Shown here: positions 1 to 9,117 of the stretch, in pieces
How positions within the stretch are numbered: the first letter of the stretch is position 1
Layout: each line of letters starts with the position of its first letter
Assembly (NCBI RefSeq): GCF_040786235.1
Contig: NZ_JBFMKP010000001.1
Span: 217,690 to 249,689, forward strand
Reading direction: 5' to 3'
From: Aquimarina sp. 2201CG1-2-11
GTDB taxonomy: Bacteria; Bacteroidota; Bacteroidia; Flavobacteriales; Flavobacteriaceae
Length of the DNA: 32,000 nucleotides
Translations under genes and position numbers: made by a program
Notes under the pieces: model-generated
What the model was told of the DNA's origin: nothing
Databases searched by the model: none
Seen by the model: only the letters and a program-made list of their open reading frames with translations

Positions 1-245
1 ATCCTTTAACAATTAATCCGGATCAGGAAGAGGGATTGCGTAAGGCTGCAAAGAAAATTGAAGCTATGATAAAGCAGTTTGAGCAAAGTTATGCAGTTAG
101 AGATAAGCAAGATGTATTGGCAATGTGTGCTTTACAGTTTGCTTCACAAGTAGAACAAAAGACTATAGATAAAGATGAAGATATGATTACTGTTTCTAAT
201 AGGTTAAGTGAATTAAACGACCTGTTACATAATCATTTATCGTGA
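1..245 (+). CDS. zapA: Cell division protein ZapA, 5'-truncated by the window edge
   Basis: The frame is open from base 3 (PLTINPDQEEGLRKAAKKIEAMIKQFEQSYAVRDKQDVLAMCALQFASQ...), so the TTG at 36 in the ORF track is not the real start. The helical C-terminal pattern is ZapA-like. The position just upstream of rny is what I recall as typical for Bacteroidota. Confidence 0.65.
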   Translation, partial: PLTINPDQEEGLRKAAKKIEAMIKQFEQSYAVRDKQDVLAMCALQFASQVEQKTIDKDEDMITVSNRLSELNDLLHNHLS

Positions 246-270
246 CGTTCTTAAAATAAATAAGGTTACT

Positions 271-435
271 GCCTGCACTAGTTGTTATTTTGATAAACTC
301 AACAAGAATTAATTAAAAAGGGTGAGTTTAAATTGTAAAAGCGCGCCGCCTTGAGCGGATTCTTGAGCAATTTGTTAGCCCTAAACCTGTTTTTACAGAG
401 TTTATACAGAACCTTTACTAGTGTGGGCTTTTTTT
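271..435 (+). ncRNA. Candidate structured small RNA, possibly 6S-like, between zapA and rny
   Basis: A 12-bp long-range closing helix pairs 271-282 (GCCTGCACTAGT) with 417-428 (ACTAGTGTGGGC), including 2 G-U pairs, and is followed directly by T7 (429-435). A second helix pairs 293-300 with 398-405 (8 bp). A GC-rich apical hairpin pairs 346-349 with 355-358 inside GCGCGCCGCCTTGAGCGG, the most GC-rich intergenic stretch in the window. A-rich unpaired segments lie between the helices. zapA-ssrS adjacency is known from E. coli. Confidence 0.35.
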
Positions 436-458
436 ATATATAAATACTCATAAAAATT

Positions 459-2027
459 ATGGATGATAATAGTATGTTTTTGATTGTTGCCGGGATAGCG
501 GGGCTAATTATAGGTTTTATAATTGCAAAGGTCCTGGAGCGAAGTAAAGCGTCCGAAATTATTAAAAATGCAAAGAAAACTTCAGATAGTATAGTAAGAG
601 ATGCTAAGAGTGAAGGAGAGACAATTAAAAAAGATAAAATCCTTCAGGCTAAAGAAAAATTTATCGAGCTTAAATCAGAACATGAAAAAGTGATCCTGTC
701 ACGTGACAAAAAAATTGCAGAGGCAGAAAAAAGGACAAGAGATAAAGAATCACAAGTTTCGAATGAATTGTCAAAAAATAAAAAGCTTAATACAGAGCTT
801 ATTGAAAAGTTAAAAGAACAAGACCAACGTAAAGATTATTTAGAGAAAAAACGAAGTGAGCTTAAAAAGTTGCATAAAAGCCAGGTGCAACAACTAGAGG
901 TGATATCTGGATTATCTGCAGAAGAAGCTAAAGAACAATTAGTAGAGTCCCTAAAGGAACAAGCAAAGACAGATTCGATGGGTCTGATACAAGATACGAT
1001 CGAAGAGGCTAAGCTAACTGCAAGACAAGAGGCTAAAAAGGTAGTGATTAATACGATCCAACGAATAGGTACAGAAGAGGCGATCGAGAATTGTGTTTCT
1101 GTGTTTAATATAGAAAGCGATGATGTAAAAGGTAGAATTATTGGTAGAGAAGGAAGGAATATTAGAGCGATTGAAGCTGCAACAGGAGTAGAAATTATTG
1201 TAGATGATACGCCAGAAGCAATTATATTATCATGCTTTGATTCTGTGAGACGTGAGGTTGCCAGGCTATCATTGCATAAGTTGGTTACCGATGGAAGGAT
1301 TCACCCTGCACGAATAGAGGAGATTGTTAAAAAGACTAGAAAACAAATTAATGAAGAAATTATAGAGGTCGGTAAGCGTACCGTTATTGATTTGGGTATT
1401 CATGGATTGCATCCAGAATTGATAAAAACTGTGGGAAGGATGAAATACCGATCTTCTTACGGACAAAACCTCTTGCAACACTCTAGAGAGGTAGCAAAGT
1501 TGTGTGGAGTAATGGCTGCAGAGTTAGGATTAAGTCCAAAGTTAGCTAAACGAGCGGGATTGCTTCATGATATTGGTAAAGTGCCAGATACAGAAACAGA
1601 GGTTCCTCACGCTATTTTAGGGATGCAATGGGCAGAAAAATACGGAGAAAAACCAGAAGTGTGTAATGCTATTGGAGCGCATCACGACGAAGTAGAAATG
1701 ACTTCATTGATTTCTCCTATTGTACAGGTATGTGATGCGATAAGTGGTGCTAGACCTGGGGCAAGAAGGCAGGTGTTAGATTCATACATACAGCGATTAA
1801 AAGATCTTGAAGGAATTGCATTTGGGTTTGAAGGTGTTAAGAAGGCGTATGCGATACAAGCAGGGCGTGAGTTACGAGTTATTGTAGAGAGTGAAAAGGT
1901 AAATGATGAAAAAGCAGCAAGCTTATCATTTGAAATTTCGCAAAAAATACAAACAGATATGACGTATCCTGGTCAGGTAAAAATAACGGTTATTAGAGAA
2001 ACCAGAGCGGTGAATATTGCAAAATAA
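459..2027 (+). CDS. rny: Ribonuclease Y (N-terminal TM helix, coiled coil, KH domain, HD domain)
   Basis: 522 aa. TM segment [22 protein letters not shown] motif [28 protein letters not shown] motifs LLHDIGK and GAHHDE. Full-length RNase Y architecture. Confidence 0.95.
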   Translation: MDDNSMFLIVAGIAGLIIGFIIAKVLERSKASEIIKNAKKTSDSIVRDAKSEGETIKKDKILQAKEKFIELKSEHEKVILSRDKKIAEAEKRTRDKESQVSNELSKNKKLNTELIEKLKEQDQRKDYLEKKRSELKKLHKSQVQQLEVISGLSAEEAKEQLVESLKEQAKTDSMGLIQDTIEEAKLTARQEAKKVVINTIQRIGTEEAIENCVSVFNIESDDVKGRIIGREGRNIRAIEAATGVEIIVDDTPEAIILSCFDSVRREVARLSLHKLVTDGRIHPARIEEIVKKTRKQINEEIIEVGKRTVIDLGIHGLHPELIKTVGRMKYRSSYGQNLLQHSREVAKLCGVMAAELGLSPKLAKRAGLLHDIGKVPDTETEVPHAILGMQWAEKYGEKPEVCNAIGAHHDEVEMTSLISPIVQVCDAISGARPGARRQVLDSYIQRLKDLEGIAFGFEGVKKAYAIQAGRELRVIVESEKVNDEKAASLSFEISQKIQTDMTYPGQVKITVIRETRAVNIAK

Positions 2028-2063
2028 TTATTAGGTAATAAAACCTGACTAATCATAATAAGT

Positions 2064-2101
2064 AAAAAAGGCTATTGTTTTTAAAACAATAGCCTTTTTT
2101 G
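2064..2101. terminator. Bidirectional rho-independent terminator between convergent rny and clpC
   Basis: A perfect 11-bp stem pairs AGGCTATTGTT (2069-2079) with AACAATAGCCT (2085-2095). It is flanked by an A-run (2064-2069) and a T-run (2095-2100), so it reads as hairpin plus U-tract on both strands. Confidence 0.75.
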
Positions 2102-2123
2102 GGTGTGTTAATGATTTAAATTA

Positions 2124-4679
2124 TTACGACTCAGCCGATTTTTTGGCTTTTTTAATAGTGATTGTTAATTCACTAGAGTCTTTGTCTAGATCCATAAAAA
2201 TACTGTCACCTTCTTGTAACTGTGCATTTATAATTTCTTCTGCAAGAGCATCTTCAATATATTTTTGAATGGCTCTTTTTAATGGTCTGGCACCATATTG
2301 TCTGTCAAAACCTTTCTCTGTGATATAATCTTTTGCTTCGTTGCTAAGTGATAGATTGTATCCCAGATCATTTATTCTGCCGTAAAGCTTATCAAGCTCT
2401 ATGTCGATAATTTTATGAATATCTTCTCTTTCTAATGCGTTGAATACAATTACATCATCAACTCTATTAAGAAATTCTGGAGCAAACGCCTTTTTTAGAG
2501 CGTTTTCTATAATTCCTTTTGCATGATCTTCTGCTTGTGATTTCTTGGCACTAGTACCGAAACCAACTCCTTGTCCGAAATCTTTTAGTTTACGGGCACC
2601 AATATTAGAAGTCATAATGATAATAGTATTTCTAAAATCTATTTTACGACCCAAGCTATCGGTTAGGTATCCATCATCTAATACTTGAAGCATCATGTTA
2701 AAAACGTCTGGATGTGCTTTTTCAATCTCATCTAATAATACAACTGCATAAGGCTTTCTTCTAACTTTTTCTGTTAATTGTCCACCCTCTTCATATCCTA
2801 CATATCCTGGAGGAGCTCCTATTAATCTCGAAACAGCAAATTTCTCCATATATTCACTCATATCTATTCTAATAAGAGTGTCTTCGCTATCAAAAAGCTC
2901 GGTAGCTAATACTTTTGCTAATTGTGTTTTTCCTACTCCTGTTTGTCCTAAGAAAATAAAAGAACCGATAGGTTTGTTAGGATCTTTAAGTCCCGCTCGA
3001 TTACGCTGAATTGCTTTTACAACTTTAGAAACCGCATCATCCTGTCCAATTACTTTACCTTTTATTAGGTTTGGTAATTCTGCTAGTTTGTTACTCTCTG
3101 TTTGGGCAATACGATTTACAGGGATACCTGTCATCATAGAAACAACATCTGCCACATTCTCTTCATCTACCGTTTCCTTATGAAGTTTGGATTCTTTTTC
3201 CCATTGTTCTTGAGCAGTTGCTAGCTCTTTTTCAAGATTTTTTTCATCATCTCTAAGCTTGGCAGCCTCTTCATATTTTTGTTTTTTGACAACACTGTTT
3301 TTGAGTTCTCTTACTTCTTCAAGTTTTTTCTCAAGATCAAGAATTTTTTTAGGAACATCAATATTTGTGATATGAACTCTGGATCCAGCTTCGTCCAAAG
3401 CATCAATAGCTTTGTCTGGTAAGAATCTATCGGTCATATATCTGTTGGTTAATTTTACACAAGCCTCAATAGCTTCTGGTGTGTAATTAACGTTATGGTG
3501 TTCTTCGTATTTTTCTTTAATGTTATTAAGAATCTCTATAGTTTCTTCAATATTGGTTGGCTCAACGATAACTTTCTGAAATCTTCTCTCTAGCGCACCG
3601 TCTTTTTCTATGTATTGTCTATATTCATCTAGGGTAGTAGCACCTATACATTGAATTTCACCTCTTGCCAATGCTGGTTTAAACATATTCGAAGCATCTA
3701 GGCTTCCTGTAGCGCCTCCAGCACCTACGATGGTATGAATTTCATCTATAAATAAAATGATATCATCATTTTTTTCAAGCTCATTCATAACCGCTTTCAT
3801 TCTTTCTTCGAATTGACCGCGATATTTTGTACCGGCAACCAAACTGGCCAAATCCAAGGTGACTACTCTCTTGTCAAATAAGATTCTTGAAACTTTTCGT
3901 TTTACAATTCGTAAGGCAAGTCCTTCTGCAATTGCAGACTTACCTACACCAGGTTCACCTATTAAAAGAGGGTTGTTCTTTTTTCTTCTACTTAGTATCT
4001 GTGATACTCGTTCAATTTCTTTAGATCGGCCTACCACAGGATCAAGTTTTCCTTCTTCTGCCATGACAGTAAGATCTCTTCCAAAATTATCTAAAACTGG
4101 TGTTTTAGATTTTTTTCCTGCTTTACTACCAGCTCCAGGTGAATTAAAAGGGTTTTCTTTTGAAGCATCTCCTGACAAATCATCATCGTCTGGAAAAGAT
4201 TCTGCTTTTGGGTTATCTATATATTCTTCTTCGTTAGCAATCATAAACTTAAATTGGTCTTTAACGTTATCATAATCCACCTTTAAACGATTTAAAAGTT
4301 TCGTAGTTGGGTCATTTTCGTTTCTTAAAATGCAAAGCAGAAGATGTGCTGTATTGATAGAAGAACTTTGAAAAAGTTTAGCTTCTAAAAATGTAGTTTT
4401 CAGGGCTCGTTCTGCCTGCCTGGTTAAATGTAGGTTTTTTTTCTCGTTCGAAGTCACCATTATATCAGGGTTTGCCGGGCTGAGGATTTCTACTTTTCTT
4501 CTTAAAATAGTAAGATCAATATCCAGAGCATCCAGGATATTAATCGCTTTTCCACTTCCATCACGAAGCAGTCCCAACATAAGATGTTCGGTACCAATAA
4601 AGTCATGGCCTAACCTAAGCGCTTCTTCTTTACTGTAAGCAATAACATCTTTAACCCTTGGTGAAAAATTATCATCCAT
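2124..4679 (-). CDS. clpC: ATP-dependent Clp protease ATP-binding subunit, ClpC type (two AAA+ modules)
   Basis: 851 aa. Clp_N repeats (EEALRLGHDFIGTEHLMLGLLRDG). Walker A motifs GEPGVGKSAIAEG and GQTGVGKTQLAK. Short middle domain with a UVR-like segment (KQKYEEAAKLRDDEKNLEKEL) rather than the long ClpB coiled coil. A GVGFG loop is compatible with ClpP docking. Confidence 0.9.
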   Translation of the reverse strand: MDDNFSPRVKDVIAYSKEEALRLGHDFIGTEHLMLGLLRDGSGKAINILDALDIDLTILRRKVEILSPANPDIMVTSNEKKNLHLTRQAERALKTTFLEAKLFQSSSINTAHLLLCILRNENDPTTKLLNRLKVDYDNVKDQFKFMIANEEEYIDNPKAESFPDDDDLSGDASKENPFNSPGAGSKAGKKSKTPVLDNFGRDLTVMAEEGKLDPVVGRSKEIERVSQILSRRKKNNPLLIGEPGVGKSAIAEGLALRIVKRKVSRILFDKRVVTLDLASLVAGTKYRGQFEERMKAVMNELEKNDDIILFIDEIHTIVGAGGATGSLDASNMFKPALARGEIQCIGATTLDEYRQYIEKDGALERRFQKVIVEPTNIEETIEILNNIKEKYEEHHNVNYTPEAIEACVKLTNRYMTDRFLPDKAIDALDEAGSRVHITNIDVPKKILDLEKKLEEVRELKNSVVKKQKYEEAAKLRDDEKNLEKELATAQEQWEKESKLHKETVDEENVADVVSMMTGIPVNRIAQTESNKLAELPNLIKGKVIGQDDAVSKVVKAIQRNRAGLKDPNKPIGSFIFLGQTGVGKTQLAKVLATELFDSEDTLIRIDMSEYMEKFAVSRLIGAPPGYVGYEEGGQLTEKVRRKPYAVVLLDEIEKAHPDVFNMMLQVLDDGYLTDSLGRKIDFRNTIIIMTSNIGARKLKDFGQGVGFGTSAKKSQAEDHAKGIIENALKKAFAPEFLNRVDDVIVFNALEREDIHKIIDIELDKLYGRINDLGYNLSLSNEAKDYITEKGFDRQYGARPLKRAIQKYIEDALAEEIINAQLQEGDSIFMDLDKDSSELTITIKKAKKSAES

Positions 4680-5056
4680 AAAATATTCTCTTTCTTTTTC
4701 TTTATAACTAAAATAGTAATTTTTAGAGTTACATTTACAAAAAGCCCTCTTTTAATCGATCAATAATGTGTGTTTTTTTTGTAATAAGCTATTTTTCAAT
4801 ACAATTCTACTCTTTTTTTTTGGAGTCATCTAGTGTTTTCAAATATAAATTACGGCACTTTTTTTATTAATTACGGTAAATAGACAAAAAAAGCTTTAAT
4901 AATCAAAACCATTAGGAGTAGACTTATTAACTATCTAAGTCGTCATTGTTGTTAATAAATTACGTATATTAGGTAATAAATACGTTGTTAAAACTGTCTT
5001 AATTTACGTAAATTAGCGCGTTTGAATTAATTAATTTTTGAATTAAATAAAATTTT

Positions 5057-7570
5057 ATGGCTGACGGAGAAAAGCTTATACCTATCAATATAGAAGATGA
5101 GATGAAATCAGCATACATTGATTACTCAATGTCTGTTATTGTATCTCGGGCACTACCAGATGTTAGGGATGGTCTTAAACCCGTACATAGACGTGTTTTA
5201 TATGGTATGTACGAACTAGGTGTTAAAGCAAATAGTGCTCATAAGAAATCTGCAAGAATTGTAGGAGAGGTGCTAGGGAAATATCACCCGCATGGGGATA
5301 CTTCTGTATATGATACCATGGTTCGAATGGCTCAGGAGTGGAGTTTGAGATATATGTTGGTTGACGGGCAAGGTAACTTTGGTTCTGTAGATGGTGATAG
5401 TCCAGCTGCAATGCGTTATACCGAAGCAAGAATGCGTAAGATATCTGAAGATATGCTTGCAGATATCGAAAAGGATACGGTAGATCATACTTTAAATTTT
5501 GATGATACACTTAAAGAACCTACTGTTTTACCGACTCGAGTACCTGGATTACTTATAAATGGTGCATCGGGTATTGCTGTTGGTATGGCAACTAATATGC
5601 CACCTCATAATCTAAGTGAAGTAGTAGATGGAACTATAGCATATATCGAAAACGATGCGATAGAAATTGATGAATTAATACAACATATCAAAGCTCCTGA
5701 TTTTCCTACAGGAGGTATCATATATGGATATGATGGTGTTCGAGAAGCTTTTAAAACTGGAAGAGGTAGAATCGTAATGCGTGCCAAAGCTAGTTTTGAA
5801 GAAGTGAATGGTAGAGAATGCATCATCGTTACAGAAATCCCATATCAGGTTAATAAGGCTGATATGATTAAAAAAACTGCAGATCTTGTTAATGATAAGA
5901 AGATAGATGGGATTTCATCGATAAGAGATGAATCCGATAGAAAAGGTATGCGTATCGTTTATATTTTGAAGCGTGATGCAATACCTAATATAGTTCTTAA
6001 TCTATTATATAAGTATACAGCTTTACAATCTTCTTTTAGTGTTAATAATATTGCGTTGGTTAATGGTCGACCACAATTATTGAACGTAAAAGAAATGATT
6101 CATTATTTTGTAGAGCATAGACATGAGGTTGTTGTTCGTAGAACAAAATATGAACTCAAGAAAGCAGAAGAACGTGCACATATTCTTGAAGGATTAATTA
6201 TTGCTTCAGACAATATTGATGAAGTTATAGCGTTAATACGTTCTTCGGCGAATGCTGATGAGGCCCGTGAAAAATTAATGGAACGCTTTAAGCTTTCTGA
6301 AATTCAGGCAAAAGCAATTGTCGAAATGCGTTTGCGTCAATTAACAGGACTAGAGCAAGACAAGTTACGTGCAGAGTATGATGAGTTGATGAAAACCATA
6401 GAAGATCTTAAAGATATCTTAGCTAAGAAAGAGCGTAGAATGGATATTATTAAAGAAGAACTTCAAGAGGTTAAAGATAAATACGGTGATGAACGTCGTT
6501 CTCAAATAGAATATGCCGGTGGAGACTTAAGTATCGAAGATATGATTCCGGATGAAAAAGTAGTGATTACAATTTCACATGCTGGGTATATTAAAAGAAC
6601 TTCTCTTAATGAGTATAAAAAACAAAATAGAGGAGGAGTAGGTCAAAAAGGAAGTACAACACGTAATGAAGATTTTCTAGAACATTTATTTGTTGGAACG
6701 AATCATCAATATATGTTGTTCTTTACGCAAAACGGTAAATGTTTTTGGATGAGAGTATATGAAATTCCTGAAGGTAGTAAAACATCTAAAGGAAGAGCAA
6801 TACAAAATCTAATTAATATTCATAATGATGATAAGGTAAAAGCGTTTATATGTACACAGGATCTTAAAGACGAAGAGTATATAAATTCACATTATGTCAT
6901 TATGGCTACCAAAAAGGGACAGGTTAAGAAAACCTCATTAGAGCAATATTCTAGACCTAGAACAAATGGTATTAATGCAATTACAATTAAAGAAAATGAT
7001 GAGCTTCTTGAGGCAAAATTAACCAACGGAAAGAGTCAAGTGATGCTGGCGGTAAAATCAGGAAAAGCAATTCGTTTTGAAGAAGAAAAGACCAGACCTA
7101 TGGGGCGTGGTGCTTCTGGTGTTAGAGGTATACGATTGGCCGATGAAGAAGATGAAGTAATAGGAATGGTAGCAGTTAATGAAATGGAAAGTAATATCCT
7201 TGTAGTCTCTGAAAATGGCTATGGAAAACGTTCTAAATTAGAAGACTATAGAATAACAAACAGAGGTGGTAAAGGAGTAAAAACCATTTCTGTTACAGAC
7301 AAAACAGGTAAGCTGGTTGCTATTAAAAATGTAACAGATTCTGATGATTTAATGATTATTAATAAGTCTGGAATTGCGATTCGTCTTGCTATAGAAGATT
7401 TACGTGTAATGGGAAGAGCAACACAAGGTGTGCGTCTTATAAATTTAAAAGGTAAAGACTCTATTGCTGCTGTTGCCAAAGTCATGCATGATGAGGACAA
7501 TATCGATGATGAAAACGATGAGGAAATCGGCAATGAAAATGCCGCAGATGGCACGAATATTGATAATTAA
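5057..7570 (+). CDS. gyrA: DNA gyrase subunit A
   Basis: 837 aa. N-terminal [35 protein letters not shown]-type segment [17 protein letters not shown]. Catalytic-Tyr context [11 protein letters not shown]-terminal beta-pinwheel repeats and an acidic tail. Confidence 0.97.
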   Translation: MADGEKLIPINIEDEMKSAYIDYSMSVIVSRALPDVRDGLKPVHRRVLYGMYELGVKANSAHKKSARIVGEVLGKYHPHGDTSVYDTMVRMAQEWSLRYMLVDGQGNFGSVDGDSPAAMRYTEARMRKISEDMLADIEKDTVDHTLNFDDTLKEPTVLPTRVPGLLINGASGIAVGMATNMPPHNLSEVVDGTIAYIENDAIEIDELIQHIKAPDFPTGGIIYGYDGVREAFKTGRGRIVMRAKASFEEVNGRECIIVTEIPYQVNKADMIKKTADLVNDKKIDGISSIRDESDRKGMRIVYILKRDAIPNIVLNLLYKYTALQSSFSVNNIALVNGRPQLLNVKEMIHYFVEHRHEVVVRRTKYELKKAEERAHILEGLIIASDNIDEVIALIRSSANADEAREKLMERFKLSEIQAKAIVEMRLRQLTGLEQDKLRAEYDELMKTIEDLKDILAKKERRMDIIKEELQEVKDKYGDERRSQIEYAGGDLSIEDMIPDEKVVITISHAGYIKRTSLNEYKKQNRGGVGQKGSTTRNEDFLEHLFVGTNHQYMLFFTQNGKCFWMRVYEIPEGSKTSKGRAIQNLINIHNDDKVKAFICTQDLKDEEYINSHYVIMATKKGQVKKTSLEQYSRPRTNGINAITIKENDELLEAKLTNGKSQVMLAVKSGKAIRFEEEKTRPMGRGASGVRGIRLADEEDEVIGMVAVNEMESNILVVSENGYGKRSKLEDYRITNRGGKGVKTISVTDKTGKLVAIKNVTDSDDLMIINKSGIAIRLAIEDLRVMGRATQGVRLINLKGKDSIAAVAKVMHDEDNIDDENDEEIGNENAADGTNIDN

Positions 7571-7614
7571 AAGAAACAACAATAATTAAATCCCAATATT
7601 AAAATTAACAAGTA

Positions 7615-8889
7615 ATGAAAACTAAATTTATCGTAGTATTATTCTTAGCTTTTAGCGCTATCGGATTTTCACAGAAGCAAGCTATAAAAGCGGCAGCTAA
7701 AGCTATAAAATCTGGGCAGCTAGATGTAGCTAGCGATGCTTTAAAAGCTGCAGAAGGACAATTAGGAGCAGCAGATGAAAAGATGAAAGCACAATATTAT
7801 TTCCTTAAAGGAAAAGTATTTTCTGCTTCTGCTGGTGACTCTTTAGAGAAAATGGAAGGGGCTGCTAATGCATACAATAAAGCAATAGAAGTAGAAAAAG
7901 CTGCTGGTGGATCAAAATATACAGTAGAAGCAACTAAAAATATTCAAAGTTTGGTTGCTACATTAATAGATAGTGCTATTAAGGATCAAAATGCGAAGAA
8001 TTATAAAACTGCATCAAAGAAGTTATATCTTAGTTATACCATAGAAAAAGGAGATGGGACTTATTTATATTATGCAGCTGGTAATGCAATTAATGCCCAA
8101 GATTATGATACAGCATTAAAGTATTATAATGAATTACAAGATCTAGGATATACAGGAATTAAAAAAGAATTTGTAGCTACAAAAAAGGAAACTGGTGAGA
8201 TTGAAGTTTTTGGTTCTAAACAACTAAGAGATGTTTCTGTAAAAAGTGGAGAGTATATCAAGCCTGAGGTTAGAACTTCAGAATCTAAAAAAGGAGAAAT
8301 AGCTAAGAATATTGCCTTAATTTATGTAAGTCAAGGAAAAAATAAAGAAGCTATTACTGCTATAGAAAACGCTTCAAAAGAAAATCCAAATGATGCTACA
8401 CTTATGCAGGCAGAAGCAGATTTGTATTATAAATTAGGAAATATTGAGAAATATAAAGAGTTGATGGAGAAAATTGTTGCTAACGATCCAGAAAACCCTG
8501 ATTTGTTATATAACTTAGGAGTAAGCGCTTCTCGTTTAGGTGATAATGATCAAGCATTAGTATACTATAAAAAAGCACTAGAGATTAAGCCAGATTACAC
8601 TTCTGCTCAAATAAATATAGCTGCTTTGATCTTAGGAAAAGAAAAAAGTGTTGTAGATGAAATGAATGCATTAGGAACTTCTAGTGCTGATAATAAGCGT
8701 TACGAAGTACTTAAGAAAGAGAGACAAAATATTTATACAAGTGCAGTTCCTTATTTAGAAGGTGCCTTAAAAAGTAACCCTGATAACATAGATGCGATTC
8801 GTACATTAATGAATATCTTTTATCAGTTAGATGACCCTAAAGCAGATATTATGAAAAATAAACTAAAAGCTTTAGAGGGAGGTAACTAA
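7615..8889 (+). CDS. Secreted tetratricopeptide-repeat (TPR) protein of unknown function
   Basis: 424 aa. Signal peptide MKTKFIVVLFLAFSAIGFSQ. Repeated A/Y/L-rich TPR-like units (DLYYKLGNIEKYKELMEKIV, LLYNLGVSASRLGDNDQALVYYKKALEIKPDY). Lies 44 nt after gyrA with no terminator between them. Confidence 0.75.
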   Translation: MKTKFIVVLFLAFSAIGFSQKQAIKAAAKAIKSGQLDVASDALKAAEGQLGAADEKMKAQYYFLKGKVFSASAGDSLEKMEGAANAYNKAIEVEKAAGGSKYTVEATKNIQSLVATLIDSAIKDQNAKNYKTASKKLYLSYTIEKGDGTYLYYAAGNAINAQDYDTALKYYNELQDLGYTGIKKEFVATKKETGEIEVFGSKQLRDVSVKSGEYIKPEVRTSESKKGEIAKNIALIYVSQGKNKEAITAIENASKENPNDATLMQAEADLYYKLGNIEKYKELMEKIVANDPENPDLLYNLGVSASRLGDNDQALVYYKKALEIKPDYTSAQINIAALILGKEKSVVDEMNALGTSSADNKRYEVLKKERQNIYTSAVPYLEGALKSNPDNIDAIRTLMNIFYQLDDPKADIMKNKLKALEGGN

Positions 8890-8911
8890 AATATATAGTT
8901 ATAAATAATAT

Positions 8912-8946
8912 AAAAAGGGGAGTATTAAAAAATACTCTCCTTTTTA
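8912..8946 (+). terminator. Rho-independent terminator after the TPR gene
   Basis: A 10-bp stem pairs GGGGAGTATT (8917-8926) with AATACTCTCC (8931-8940), including one G-U pair. The loop is 4 nt and T5 follows at 8941-8945. Confidence 0.7.
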
Positions 8947-9058
8947 TATATGTCGTTTTTCTTCTTTTGTAATACTAATTCTATAGTATGTAATTAACTA
9001 TAATGATTTTTGTTAGAAAGAAGATGTAATGGTGTGTCTGTTATAAAATAATTGAACT

Positions 9059-9087
9059 AAAAAAAACCACCGTTTTAAACGGTGGTT
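9059..9087 (-). terminator. Rho-independent terminator of pheT (minus strand)
   Basis: The stem pairs AACCACCGTT (9065-9074) with AACGGTGGTT (9078-9087). The A8 run at 9059-9066 reads as a U-tract on the minus strand. It lies 30 nt downstream of the pheT stop. Confidence 0.7.
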
Positions 9088-9117
9088 AATAGTATATATT
9101 TTGAGATGATAGCTATT

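Noticed and set aside
36-38. TTG start for the first ORF (69 aa)
   Set aside because: The frame stays open back to the window edge and the upstream residues (PLTINPDQEEG) read as coding. The gene is a 5'-truncated zapA, not a 69-aa protein.
3859-4275. 138-aa plus-strand ORF antisense to clpC
   Set aside because: It lies entirely inside a well-supported AAA+ gene. Its sequence is low-complexity and Ser/Leu/Pro-rich, which is typical of a frame shadow. It has no start context or recognisable motif.
2124-4679. Calling the Clp ATPase ClpB (disaggregase)
   Set aside because: The middle region is short and UVR-like rather than the long ClpB coiled coil. The N-terminus resembles ClpC, and a VGF-type ClpP-docking loop is present.
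5031-5040. TTAATTTTTG upstream of gyrA as a -7 promoter box
   Set aside because: It reads TAnnnTTTG, one base longer than the TAnnTTTG consensus, and lies only about 17 nt from the ATG. That is too weak to report as a feature.
5223-5826. Three minus-strand ORFs (95, 71 and 73 aa) antisense to the gyrA N-terminal region, plus 7246-7554 antisense to the gyrA C-terminus
   Set aside because: They overlap each other and the highly conserved gyrA frame. They have no recognisable motifs and are regarded as chance ORFs.
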